Source of the DNA: Polyangiaceae bacterium | GTDB taxonomy: Bacteria > Myxococcota_A > Polyangia > Polyangiales > Polyangiaceae | Assembly (NCBI GenBank): GCA_044376115.1 | Contig: JBILLK010000017.1 | Span: forward strand, 96,001-160,000 | Direction: 5' to 3' | DNA length: 64,000 nt | Part shown: positions 55,282 to 64,000 of the stretch, piece after piece | Layout of the letters: the number at the start of each line of letters is the position of its first letter | Position numbering within the stretch: the stretch's first letter is position 1 | Program-made: the position numbers and the translations under genes | The notes under the pieces: model-generated | The model's database searches: none | What the model was told of the DNA's origin: nothing | The model's input: only the letters and a program-made list of their open reading frames with translations

Positions 55282-55304
55282 GAACAGACCTTAAGCCGGC
55301 GCCG

Positions 55305-57704
55305 CTAAGATTCAATCGAAGGTTTGAGCGCTCGCGCGAGTGGCCGACCAAACAGCCTGAGCCCCGCCGGAACCAACAATAGCGCCGTGATCAAGTTGGT
55401 CACGTTGCCCACCGCGCCCACGATCCCGAGGTGCCGCAGGCCATCGTATTCGGCGAAACACAGCGCGAACAAGCCCGCAGAGGTCGTCAGCGCGGTGGTC
55501 ACGACCGGCCGCGTCTCGAGGTCGAGCGTGCGGCGAATGAAGCCTTCATCGGCGCCCCGAGCGTGATGCAAAAGGAACATCGCCTCATCCACCGAGATAC
55601 CGATCAACACCGGAATCACCAACGCCGAGTAGATGTGGAGCGGGATCTCGAACAGGCCAATCAGACCAAAGAGCGCGCCGAGCCCAACCACCAGCACGCC
55701 CGAAGCGAGCAGCAGCTCGCGTAGATTGCGCAGCGAGAGCGCCAACAGCAAGACCACGAGCACGGCAGCTGCAGCTCCGATCTTCGGTAGTTCAAGCTGC
55801 AGCGCCTTACGCAAATCCGCTTCGAGCTTCGCGTAGCCGGTGACCTGCGCCTGGCCATCCAGCTCCCCAACCAACGCATCGAGCTGCGCTGGCTGCACCC
55901 CAGGCTTGGTATGAACGTGCAGCACCGCGAGCTGTTCGTCATCTGCGGCGAGATAGCGAGCGGCGACCACTGCGCGATCTCCCTCTAGCAACTCGTCGAC
56001 CGGAACGATCGTGCGTGGCGCTGTTCGCATCGCCGAGAGTACTGCCTCGAAGCGAGCGGGAGCGAAGCCGGTCTCCTTCAGCGCCTGCTCCAACTCGGTC
56101 GCCTTTTGTGGCAGCTCGAGGGCGTCACGCTGCTTGAGCCGCTTCTCTTGCGTCGCTTCCGCTGGGATGACCGCCCCGAGCGCGTCCACCGTCTCTACCA
56201 ACGGGCTTACCGCAAGTCGCTCGGCGAGCTCGTCGGCACGCGCCATCACAACATCGCGCGCCGGCCCCGAAACCATCACGATGAATGGTTGATGACGCCC
56301 ACCGAAGAGCTCGAAGATGCGATCTTCGGTCAAAAGCGAAGGCAGATTATTGGGGCGCACCGCGACGAGACTCGGCGACACCGTCACGCCCTTGATAGCC
56401 GAGGAGAAGGTTACTGCGACAGCAACTCCGAGCACCGCCGCAGCGCGGGCTCGCGTCCCTGTCAGCGCGTGGATCCATGCCGCATAGCGCGGCGGACCAT
56501 CGGCTTTGCTCGAGCTGCGCTCAAACAAGCGTGCAAGTTCAGGCGTGAGCAGGAGAATGGAGATCGCCGTGAGCACCTCGCCCGCCGCACACAAGATCCC
56601 AAGTTCGCGCAGGGCTTGAACGCTCGAGAGCGCCAGACAGGCGAAGGCTGTGGCCGCAATCAGTGCCGCCGAGAGCACCGGCCGTGCTGTGCTGTTGCGG
56701 GCGATTCGCGCCGCCTCGAGTCCGTCGTGCCCCTCGCTGCGTGCCTGCAGAAAGGCTGCATAAACATGCACACCGCTATCGAAACCGACGCCGACCACGA
56801 TCGACATGAAGGCCACCGCGATCGCAGAAAGACCCTTCGGAAAGAGCGCCGCTACGGCCGTCGTCCAAAGCGTGCCGAGGAGTAGCGCCGGCAAGATCGC
56901 GGCTAGCGCGCGCAGACGGCGAAACACTAGCAAGAAGGCCAGGCTCGCCATAACCGTGGAAACAACGCCCGAGAGTTCGAGATCCGAGCGCAACATTCGC
57001 TCCATTTCGGACGAAATGACGTGCGGTCCCGTCGCGCGAATCGAAAGCTGCGGGTGAAGCTCACGCTGCGACGCCAACACCCCGTCGAGCAGCGTCGCAA
57101 AAGCGCGCGCATCGGCGCCGCGCAGCGCAAACCCTTTGGGCTTCACCACGACGAGGTGGGCACGCCCATCGTCGGTGGCAAAGTAGCCATCGTCGCGGGC
57201 TCGCACGCCGGCTCCCAGATTGCGCTCGCGCAGGGGAATCGACGCGAGCCTCAGCGGATCCTTCTGCAGGGCCTCACTCGCTGCGCCGGCGCCCGGCATC
57301 AGCAGCAGCTTCTTCGACTCCTGCAGGCGCTCGCGCATCTCCGCCGGCTCGAGCGCAGCGGCGAGTGCGGTACGACCACGTTCGTCTGCGAAACGCCAAG
57401 CCAGCAGCGGATCGCTGGTAGTGCCTATCTCTAAACGGCTCGCCGAGAAGGCCACGCGCTCGTCGGCTGCCAGCTCGGCGCTGATGGCGTCGGCGACGGC
57501 CATTGCCTCGTCAGGCTCGCCCTCGATCAGAATCGCGCTGAGACCACCGCCGCCAAAACCTTTGAGATAGCGGGCCAATACGGCTGACGAGCCCTCACTC
57601 GGCAGCAGGCTTGCTACGTCCGGGTTGAGCCGCAAACCGAACGCAACAGCGAAGCCTGCCACGAGCGTGAGCAGCACCACGAGGAAGATCGAAAGGCGCC
57701 GCAC
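55305..57704 (-). CDS. MMPL-family (RND superfamily) transporter
   Basis: Duplicated 1+5 TM halves, with GVGFDSGVH and GISVDEAMFL (GxxxD motifs). Confidence 0.88.
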   Translation of the reverse strand: MRRLSIFLVVLLTLVAGFAVAFGLRLNPDVASLLPSEGSSAVLARYLKGFGGGGLSAILIEGEPDEAMAVADAISAELAADERVAFSASRLEIGTTSDPLLAWRFADERGRTALAAALEPAEMRERLQESKKLLLMPGAGAASEALQKDPLRLASIPLRERNLGAGVRARDDGYFATDDGRAHLVVVKPKGFALRGADARAFATLLDGVLASQRELHPQLSIRATGPHVISSEMERMLRSDLELSGVVSTVMASLAFLLVFRRLRALAAILPALLLGTLWTTAVAALFPKGLSAIAVAFMSIVVGVGFDSGVHVYAAFLQARSEGHDGLEAARIARNSTARPVLSAALIAATAFACLALSSVQALRELGILCAAGEVLTAISILLLTPELARLFERSSSKADGPPRYAAWIHALTGTRARAAAVLGVAVAVTFSSAIKGVTVSPSLVAVRPNNLPSLLTEDRIFELFGGRHQPFIVMVSGPARDVVMARADELAERLAVSPLVETVDALGAVIPAEATQEKRLKQRDALELPQKATELEQALKETGFAPARFEAVLSAMRTAPRTIVPVDELLEGDRAVVAARYLAADDEQLAVLHVHTKPGVQPAQLDALVGELDGQAQVTGYAKLEADLRKALQLELPKIGAAAAVLVVLLLALSLRNLRELLLASGVLVVGLGALFGLIGLFEIPLHIYSALVIPVLIGISVDEAMFLLHHARGADEGFIRRTLDLETRPVVTTALTTSAGLFALCFAEYDGLRHLGIVGAVGNVTNLITALLLVPAGLRLFGRPLARALKPSIES

Positions 57705-57736
57705 GAGGGAAGCGTCTCGCTTCAGTGTTAGCGGCT

Positions 57737-58042
57737 TCAGTGCCAGGCGGAGGCGGACTTGACCGGCTGGCCGGTTCGGTCGTGCTCAGCGAGCAGTTCC
57801 TTCGTCTTTTCCAAACAGCCAGTGCAGGAGGCGAAGTCACTGCCGTGGTCGCACTTCACCCACTGAGCCGAACCAGCATCAAACCCGCTCTCATCGAGGT
57901 GCGTACCGCAGCTGGTGCAGTGGATGTGATGGTGGTGGTGGTGATCACTGCCGGGCATCGATCCGTCTTTGCGCGGAGTGATGGCAGGCCCGGGAGACAG
58001 CGCCTTGCGTTCCTTCTTCGTCAGCTTCTTCTCGCGTTTCAT
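57737..58042 (-). CDS. Small His/Cys-rich putative metal-binding protein
   Basis: RBS AAGGAG, basic N-terminus, DHHHHHHIHCTSC...CDH...CTGC. Confidence 0.75.
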   Translation of the reverse strand: MKREKKLTKKERKALSPGPAITPRKDGSMPGSDHHHHHHIHCTSCGTHLDESGFDAGSAQWVKCDHGSDFASCTGCLEKTKELLAEHDRTGQPVKSASAWH

Positions 58043-58208
58043 CGATGCTCCTTTTACCCGAAGGACTCGCGCCAAGTCGAAGGTTCAACGGAGCGCTCGG
58101 CGGTTTCCCACGAAGAAGGCTCAACTCACCGGCTGTTTCGTGACATCCACCGTTAACGGAAATTCAGCGCACCGTTGTACTTGCTGCACCGAGCGCGCAG
58201 CACCGGCA

Positions 58209-58712
58209 TCAATCGACGAACTGTACGCCGGTTGCCACGATCTCGACCTTGGCGGTGGCGCCGTTCTCCGATCCACCGCACTGGTCCACGGAGCCGCATT
58301 CATTCTGCGGCGCGCCTTCCTTCACCGTCCCCTGGACGATCGCTTTGCGACCGCTCGCGTCGCGGGGCACCGTAAAGCTGTGACCGGCCATCTTGATGTG
58401 AGCCTGCGAGCTTTCATCCCCGATCTCCATCCAGCAGCCGGCCTTCTTGCAGACGGCCTTCACGGTTCCGGCGGTGCGGACCTCTTGATTGGCAAACTTC
58501 GCAGGCTCTGCGGCAATCGCCGCCAGCGTCGTTTCACTGGTTTGAGTGATCGGCTGGCCATAGCTATTCGGCTTCGCGGTGCTGCCAGGAGCCGGCGCCT
58601 TCGCAGCGGAGGACGAGGGCCTAGCGCTCGTGTCGGCCGACGCCGACGGCACAGGCGCATCACAACCAACCACCAACGAAGCAAGGAGTAGAACGCTCGG
58701 AACTCGCAGCAT
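58209..58712 (-). CDS. DUF4920 domain lipoprotein
   Basis: Lipobox VVGC, YGQPI, GTVKAVCKKAGCWM, FTVPRD..GRKAIVQG, IVATGV. Confidence 0.82.
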   Translation of the reverse strand: MLRVPSVLLLASLVVGCDAPVPSASADTSARPSSSAAKAPAPGSTAKPNSYGQPITQTSETTLAAIAAEPAKFANQEVRTAGTVKAVCKKAGCWMEIGDESSQAHIKMAGHSFTVPRDASGRKAIVQGTVKEGAPQNECGSVDQCGGSENGATAKVEIVATGVQFVD

Positions 58713-58761
58713 GGCGCGAAGTCTGGATCGAACCATGCTTCGCGCCAAGCCTAAGCTTGAT

Positions 58762-59382
58762 TTAACAGCCGCAACCGACGCTAAGTGGCAGCGAGAGCGT
58801 CGGCAACACGATCGCGTTCGCCGTTTCCAACGTAACGTCAACCAGTTCAGCCTCCGAATGACCATAGCCACCACGCTTACCGTGATGCCGACCATGGTGA
58901 CCGTCGCCATCGCCGTCGCCGTCCATACCGTCCTCGCACGTCACGGTTGCAGCTTGCTCCAAACAAGCGCCCCCCGACTCACTCAGCACACCGTCCACGC
59001 AGGTTTCTTCAACCGGGACGGTCTCCGCTTTGGTCGTGATTTGCGACACATAGCGCAGCGAACCCAGATCCGCCGTGGGCGCGCCCATGCCCAATCGCAG
59101 CGTGCTGCCATAGGAAGCTCCGGTGACGCGCAGACCGACTGGAACTCGGCCGTTGGACGTTTCGACGAAGAGCGCGTAGGTCGCTTCTTCCGCGACACTC
59201 AGAGCGAACGAGCCATCGCTAGCGATCAATGCGAGCGACTCCTCCCCGCTGTCATCGACGGCAACGACACCGCTAACTGAACTGGGGAAGCTATCGCCGT
59301 CCACGACGCCTGTAAGGGTTCCGCTGGTGCTGCCGCAGCCTGCCAATAGTGCTGCAAGAAGGACGAAGTTGATGCGTTTCAT
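58762..59382 (-). CDS. Hypothetical lipoprotein with His/Gly/Asp patch and C-terminal CGC
   Basis: RBS GAGG, lipobox LAGC, DGDGDGDGHHGRHHG, ends VGCGC. Confidence 0.75.
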   Translation of the reverse strand: MKRINFVLLAALLAGCGSTSGTLTGVVDGDSFPSSVSGVVAVDDSGEESLALIASDGSFALSVAEEATYALFVETSNGRVPVGLRVTGASYGSTLRLGMGAPTADLGSLRYVSQITTKAETVPVEETCVDGVLSESGGACLEQAATVTCEDGMDGDGDGDGHHGRHHGKRGGYGHSEAELVDVTLETANAIVLPTLSLPLSVGCGC

Positions 59383-59449
59383 GGGACCTCTTTCAACCAA
59401 CTCTTGAGAGTGGTTGCTCCGATTGGCCAGCGGTGCCCGAGTCCTTCAT

Positions 59450-60526
59450 TCATTCAGATTTTTTTCGTAAGGCCTCGATTTCCCGCTGTCGGAAGCCTTG
59501 CGGAAAACGGGCGAGGTAATCATCGGCGAGCCTACGAACAGCCGCCTTGTCCTGGCCATTCAAGGCGCGCAACACAGCTAAGTAGGCCCGGTCTTCCTCG
59601 CTCAAACCGCGTGCAGCGCGACTCGCACGCTCGCTCTCGACGGCTGACTCTTGCGCCTGGGTCGGGTTGCTCTCGAAGGCTGAAGCTTCGTGCTTCGTCG
59701 TAGCAACGGCTCGTGGAGACAGCGCCGCTAGCTTCGGAGCCGGGGATTGCACCGCAACGACCGGCGCCGGTGGTGAAAACGGCGCGCTGCTGATCGCCGA
59801 CGGAGCAGGTGCGGTTGCGAGCGAAGGTGCGACGGGCGCTGAGCTGACCTGAGCCGAGGACGCGCTGCTCGACGGAGCCGGCACAGGCGACGGGGTGAAG
59901 GTCATACCGGCGATCAAACGCAACTTGGGCTCATTGGTACGACGTAGCTCCACTTCGCCCTCGGTCACCGAAACTCGCACCGTGCGGCCGTTGCTCACCG
60001 AGACATGGAACTTGGTTCCGATATCCTCGATCTCACCGTCTGGGACTCGCACGAGCAGGTGCGGCTCACCATCGCGGTGGTTCACGTCAAAGTCGAACTC
60101 ACCGTCCACGAGCTCGACCACGTGTCTGCCGTCCGCAACCTTCTCACTGAAGCGAGCACCCGGGTTCGCCGAAACCGAAACGGCCTCGCTCGGACGCATG
60201 GTCAAGCGACCGACGAAGAAGAACAGCAGCGCAGCAGCAGCTGCACTGGCCAGCGCGATAGCCCAAGCACGCATCGGTCGCGCGGCCGGCGCGACGGTGC
60301 CCTTCGCACGCAAGAGCAGCTCGCGTCGCAACTTCTTCAGATGGAACGGATTGACCGCTTCCTCGCGCGAAAGTTCGGCTAGCCGCGCGCGCAGCTGCTT
60401 CTGACTCGCCGCTTCATTCGCGCAAAAGCCACATTGCGCAAGATGCTCACGCAGACCGCCATCCAGCGCGGACTCATGAGCCAGGCCGGATTCGACGTCC
60501 GACCAGCGTTCACAAAGGTCAGCCAT
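59450..60526 (-). CDS. Anti-sigma factor: ZAS motif + TM + FecR-like domain + terminal TPR-like helices
   Basis: RBS GGAGGAG, HLAQCGFC (HxxxCxxC), TM, IEDIGTKF.V....V.VTEGEV, YLARFPQG. Confidence 0.85.
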   Translation of the reverse strand: MADLCERWSDVESGLAHESALDGGLREHLAQCGFCANEAASQKQLRARLAELSREEAVNPFHLKKLRRELLLRAKGTVAPAARPMRAWAIALASAAAAALLFFFVGRLTMRPSEAVSVSANPGARFSEKVADGRHVVELVDGEFDFDVNHRDGEPHLLVRVPDGEIEDIGTKFHVSVSNGRTVRVSVTEGEVELRRTNEPKLRLIAGMTFTPSPVPAPSSSASSAQVSSAPVAPSLATAPAPSAISSAPFSPPAPVVAVQSPAPKLAALSPRAVATTKHEASAFESNPTQAQESAVESERASRAARGLSEEDRAYLAVLRALNGQDKAAVRRLADDYLARFPQGFRQREIEALRKKSE

Positions 60527-61070
60527 GGTCTCCTCCCAAGGTCGCACGAAGTTCTTTGCGCACGTGGTGCAAGCGCGACCCGACGGTTCCCTCCGGAACA
60601 CCGAGCGCCTCGCTCACTTCGCGCGTCGAAAAGCCGAGCACGTCGGCCATCACCACCAAGGCCCGCTTCTCTTCGGGTAGTCCATCGAGCGCGCGCGCCA
60701 CATCTCCGCTCGCCTCGGGCCGCACGATGCCCTCGCGTGGCTCCCGCCCGAAGTTTGAGATCGCCCTTCGAAAGCGAGCAAAGGAGCGTTTGCGCTCGCG
60801 GATGACCGCGTGACACACGCCGATCAGCCACGCGCGCGCCGTCGCACTGCGCGGTTCATACGAACGTGCGATCTGGAGCACCCGCATGAAGGTCTCTTGC
60901 ACCACGTCGTCCGCATCTTCATGCGGAGCAAGCCGGCGCGCGTAACGCATGACGTCCTGCGCGTAGCGATCAAAGAGCAACCCCAGTGACTCGGTTTCAC
61001 CTGCGGCGATGGCCCGCAGCACCACCGCGTCACTCGGCCCGCCTTCCTCTTTTCGCGAGAGGGCCCTCAT
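60519..61070 (-). CDS. ECF RNA polymerase sigma factor
   Basis: DADDVVQETF, RAWL, FSTREVSEALGVPEGTVGSRL. Confidence 0.93.
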   Translation of the reverse strand: MRALSRKEEGGPSDAVVLRAIAAGETESLGLLFDRYAQDVMRYARRLAPHEDADDVVQETFMRVLQIARSYEPRSATARAWLIGVCHAVIRERKRSFARFRRAISNFGREPREGIVRPEASGDVARALDGLPEEKRALVVMADVLGFSTREVSEALGVPEGTVGSRLHHVRKELRATLGGDHG

Positions 61071-62110
61071 GGTGCCCCCAGCAGGTTGTCGGTACGCAGC
61101 CCCACGCCGACGCCGAGCTCCACGCCAAACGGCGGGAGTGAGCGCGCTTCCAACGCTTTATTGCGGGCTAGTACGACCGGCGAAACCTCGAAACCGCTTT
61201 GCAAACAGAAGGACACCGTCGAGCTCGCCGGCAACCAAACCTTACCGAACGCCCGCAGCCGAAAGTCGCCGAGGCCGTCATCGTCGGAGTTGCGGCGGTC
61301 GTCGGGAGGAGGCTGGCTCGACCGAGGTGGATGATCGAGCGGAACGACCACTAAGCCCTCAGCGCCAAGCCCCACGTCCACGAGCGCCGTCGGTGGCAGC
61401 TCAATACGCCGCGCGAGCTCAAGCCCACCGCCAAGCGCGCCCTTCGCGAACTCCTCGGGCTCCGGGTCGAAGGCCGCATTGACCGGATCGAATCGACCGC
61501 GCAAACCAACCACCCACACGCGCTCGATCGCCGCCTCACCGCTCAGGACCAAGCCGACCCCCAACGTTGGATGGCCGAAGAAGAAACGCGAGGCGACCAT
61601 CGCGGTGCCCGCAACGGTCAACGAAGAATCGCTCACGGCGGGCTCACTCGACACGGGCGGCGCGGGCGCCGGCTCCTCGGCGCCAGCGGGCTTCGCTGGC
61701 TCCGCTTCGACCGGAGCAGGCGGCTTCGGCTCGGGCGCCGGCTCGCTCGCTGCAGGTGGTAAGGCGAGGAGCGCGAGCAGCGTCTCCTCGAGAGCGGCCG
61801 GATCGTCCACCACCCTTCTCGCGACTCTCCACGTTGAGCCCTGCTCCGGTAACCGCGCCACGATCTCGACAGCGTCCTCTTTTCCGGCAACCTCGACCAA
61901 AGCCGCAGGGTCGATCGTCGAGCTGGCCGTCAACGTCTTGCACGCTTGTGCGAGGGCGGACTCAAAGCGCGGACCAACGGGGCTCACGACTTTGACCTGA
62001 ACGCATGGTTCAGCCGACTGTGCGGAGGTTGACCACAGACCGGCCAGTAGAAACGGCGCCCACGAGCGGGACAACGCGCTCCTCAATTTGGCCGTTTTTA
62101 CTGTGGTCAC
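61067..62110 (-). CDS. Secreted protein with C-terminal beta-barrel-like region, coupled to the ECF gene
   Basis: Likely GTG start 62110, signal peptide (AQS-AE), Pro-rich linker, amphipathic strands, ATGA overlap with the sigma gene. Confidence 0.6.
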   Translation of the reverse strand: MTTVKTAKLRSALSRSWAPFLLAGLWSTSAQSAEPCVQVKVVSPVGPRFESALAQACKTLTASSTIDPAALVEVAGKEDAVEIVARLPEQGSTWRVARRVVDDPAALEETLLALLALPPAASEPAPEPKPPAPVEAEPAKPAGAEEPAPAPPVSSEPAVSDSSLTVAGTAMVASRFFFGHPTLGVGLVLSGEAAIERVWVVGLRGRFDPVNAAFDPEPEEFAKGALGGGLELARRIELPPTALVDVGLGAEGLVVVPLDHPPRSSQPPPDDRRNSDDDGLGDFRLRAFGKVWLPASSTVSFCLQSGFEVSPVVLARNKALEARSLPPFGVELGVGVGLRTDNLLGAP

Positions 62111-62162
62111 CAGCTGCACACCCTTTCTTGGCCGGCCGGCTAACTTTCCTTCGAAAGTTCGT

Positions 62163-63008
62163 TCAGGCAACCGGTGGTGGCGGCACCGACTCGTTACCGA
62201 GCTTTTTGTCGGCGAAAAACGCCTCGGCAAAGCGCTTGGCGATGCTGACGTCAATGGCACCACCTGCCCGGCCGTCCCCGCGCAGCGCTGAGCCAACGAT
62301 GACCCCGTGAGAGCGACGCAACGAAGGCAGGGCGCTTTCCGTCGCGCCGCTAGCGACGATCACTGGCGCGTGAACCGCTCGTACGACCTCGTCAAGATCA
62401 CGCAGATTCACGCCGCGCCCGGTGCCGCTTCCCGTCACCAGCACGGCATCGGCTCCTGCGCGATGGACCAAATCATGAGCTTCTTCGGCCAACGGCCGCG
62501 CAGCGATGGGCGCAGAGTGCTTCACGTCCACATCACAAAAGAGCTTCACGTGCTCAGCCCCGAAAGCTTTACGAAGACGCAGCGTTTCATGGGCCTTCCC
62601 TTCAACGATGCCCTGGTCCGTCAACCGCGCCCCGATATGGACGTTGATGCGGATGAAAGAAGCCCCCACCGCGACGGCCACCGCGAGCGCGGCCTCAGCG
62701 TCGTTGCGCAAGACGTTGATCCCGAGCGCCAAGGTAGGTGCAGCGACGCGAGCGGCGAGACAGCAGCGCGTCATCGCCGCCACCGTCACCGGCGAGACTT
62801 TGCCCGGCGTGAACGGAACATCACCGTAGTTCTCGACGATCACCGCTTCAAAGCCGGCGTCGGCCAGCGCGTTTGCGTCGCGCGCACAAGCCGAAGCAAT
62901 CGCCGACAGATCGCCCGCGTAGTTCGGACTGCCGGGTAGCGCTCGCAAATGAATGACGCCGTAAAGCGCAGGGAGACTGCTCGGAGAGGCCGGCGCGCGA
63001 GAACTCAT
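62163..63008 (-). CDS. BtpA/SgcQ family protein
   Basis: GVIHL.ALPGSP, VENYGDVPF, GINVLRND, FIRIN, TDQG, DVDVKH, VTGSGTG. Confidence 0.92.
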   Translation of the reverse strand: MSSRAPASPSSLPALYGVIHLRALPGSPNYAGDLSAIASACARDANALADAGFEAVIVENYGDVPFTPGKVSPVTVAAMTRCCLAARVAAPTLALGINVLRNDAEAALAVAVAVGASFIRINVHIGARLTDQGIVEGKAHETLRLRKAFGAEHVKLFCDVDVKHSAPIAARPLAEEAHDLVHRAGADAVLVTGSGTGRGVNLRDLDEVVRAVHAPVIVASGATESALPSLRRSHGVIVGSALRGDGRAGGAIDVSIAKRFAEAFFADKKLGNESVPPPPVA

Positions 63009-63015
63009 TGCAACC

Positions 63016-64000
63016 TCAGGTCGCGACCGGCGAGAGCGCCTCGTTCGACTTCTGCTTCGACTTCTTCTTCTTCACCAAGCCATCGGGCTCCATCAGCGAC
63101 GGACCGCCTTCTGCGCCGTAGTCGGCGAAGATTGCGTCGGCGACCTCGAGCAGTTCCTCAGCCTTCTTGGCGTCGAACCGGCCGAAGCGCGTGAGCGTAG
63201 CCACGGTCCCACTCACGCGCAGCCAAACGTCCGGCAAGCCCAAGAGCTCGTCACGTACCGACTGCACCAAGAACTCACGCACCCGCGTCTGGTTCTCACC
63301 CGGAGCAACTTCCACCAAGTACTCAGCGCTAAACTCGCGATCTTCTCGAAAGAGTAGGCCCGTATTGGCCATGCGACGGCCGTCATCCAAGGGCAGCGGT
63401 CGTGCGACGAAGCTCGCCTCTTTCTGCTCGAAGCGCAGGACGACGGTGGTGTAGTCCGAGATGTCGGTGACATCGGCTTCAACGAAGGCCACGTACGCGA
63501 GATCCTTCTTGAGCAGGAAGGACTTGTAGAACTTGCCACCTCCGACCTCAGGCAGCACCCGCTGACCCCACGCCGGAATCGGCGCTTCCGCAAGCGAGAC
63601 CGTGGGCTTGGTGGCGGGACGATCACGATAGCCGCTGGCTGCCGCATTCTTCGCGTGTCGCCCGGGAAAGCCGGCAAATGCTTTGACCTCGTTGCGACCG
63701 CGCTGGTCACTCTCCCAGGTTAGGTACAGACACGCGGCGACGCCAACCAAGGTGACCGGCACCAAAGCCTCCGGACCCGCGTGAAAGACCGCAAAGTATG
63801 AGGCCGCAATGAAGGGCAAAAGCCCAACCACGAGCAGCGCGCGCCGAAAGCGAATTCCGGCCAAGCTCACGAGCCCAGCGGCGAGCAGACTCCCGCCGAT
63901 CGCGATACCGGCCCAACCCGACGACAGTTCAACGCCGGAGCGAAAGTCTAGCTGCTCCTGCTTCACGACGAGCTCATCACGAGCTGCCTTGTCGCGAACC
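63016..64000 (-). CDS. Hypothetical membrane protein (frame open to the window end; probably 5' partial)
   Basis: Three hydrophobic segments followed by a soluble domain. No in-frame stop between 63966 and 64000. Confidence 0.65.
   Translation of the reverse strand, partial: VRDKAARDELVVKQEQLDFRSGVELSSGWAGIAIGGSLLAAGLVSLAGIRFRRALLVVGLLPFIAASYFAVFHAGPEALVPVTLVGVAACLYLTWESDQRGRNEVKAFAGFPGRHAKNAAASGYRDRPATKPTVSLAEAPIPAWGQRVLPEVGGGKFYKSFLLKKDLAYVAFVEADVTDISDYTTVVLRFEQKEASFVARPLPLDDGRRMANTGLLFREDREFSAEYLVEVAPGENQTRVREFLVQSVRDELLGLPDVWLRVSGTVATLTRFGRFDAKKAEELLEVADAIFADYGAEGGPSLMEPDGLVKKKKSKQKSNEALSPVAT

Noticed and set aside
1..64000. tRNA, rRNA, CRISPR arrays, integrases or transposases
   Set aside because: None were seen by eye. 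Intergenic spaces are short and no ORF carries recombinase or transposase motifs.

Overview
High-GC, gene-dense window, most likely from a myxobacterium (Myxococcota, Polyangiales-like). This assignment is inferred from the multiple Hanks-type Ser/Thr kinases, the FHA-sigma54 activator, the TPR/PEGA-like and DUF4388-DnaJ-like proteins and the Cys-rich lipoproteins. I support about 53 CDS and saw no rRNA, tRNA, CRISPR array or transposase. Housekeeping genes include orn, lon, glmS, a ppgK-like ROK kinase and a beta-CASP nuclease. The main candidates for new biology are four loci. (1) A two-gene RNA end-repair operon at 34402-39015: an RNA ligase-(degenerate HD?)-polynucleotide kinase, plus a four-domain MJ1316-EEP-2H-eukaryote-type poly(A) polymerase protein. 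(2) An MNIO (DUF692) RiPP locus at 7594-11948, whose HvfA/bufferin-like precursor is a lipoprotein ending ESKCGEGSCG, whose MNIO is fused to its DUF2063 partner, and which is translationally coupled to a Ser/Thr kinase-FGE-domain gene. (3) A polysaccharide export locus in two blocks, with two BY-kinase-like proteins lacking Tyr tails and two co-polymerases. (4) A beta-helix / di-heme peroxidase / SO2930-type cytochrome module interrupted by an inverted EF-hand membrane protein gene. All domain calls come from motif recognition by eye; no searches were run.
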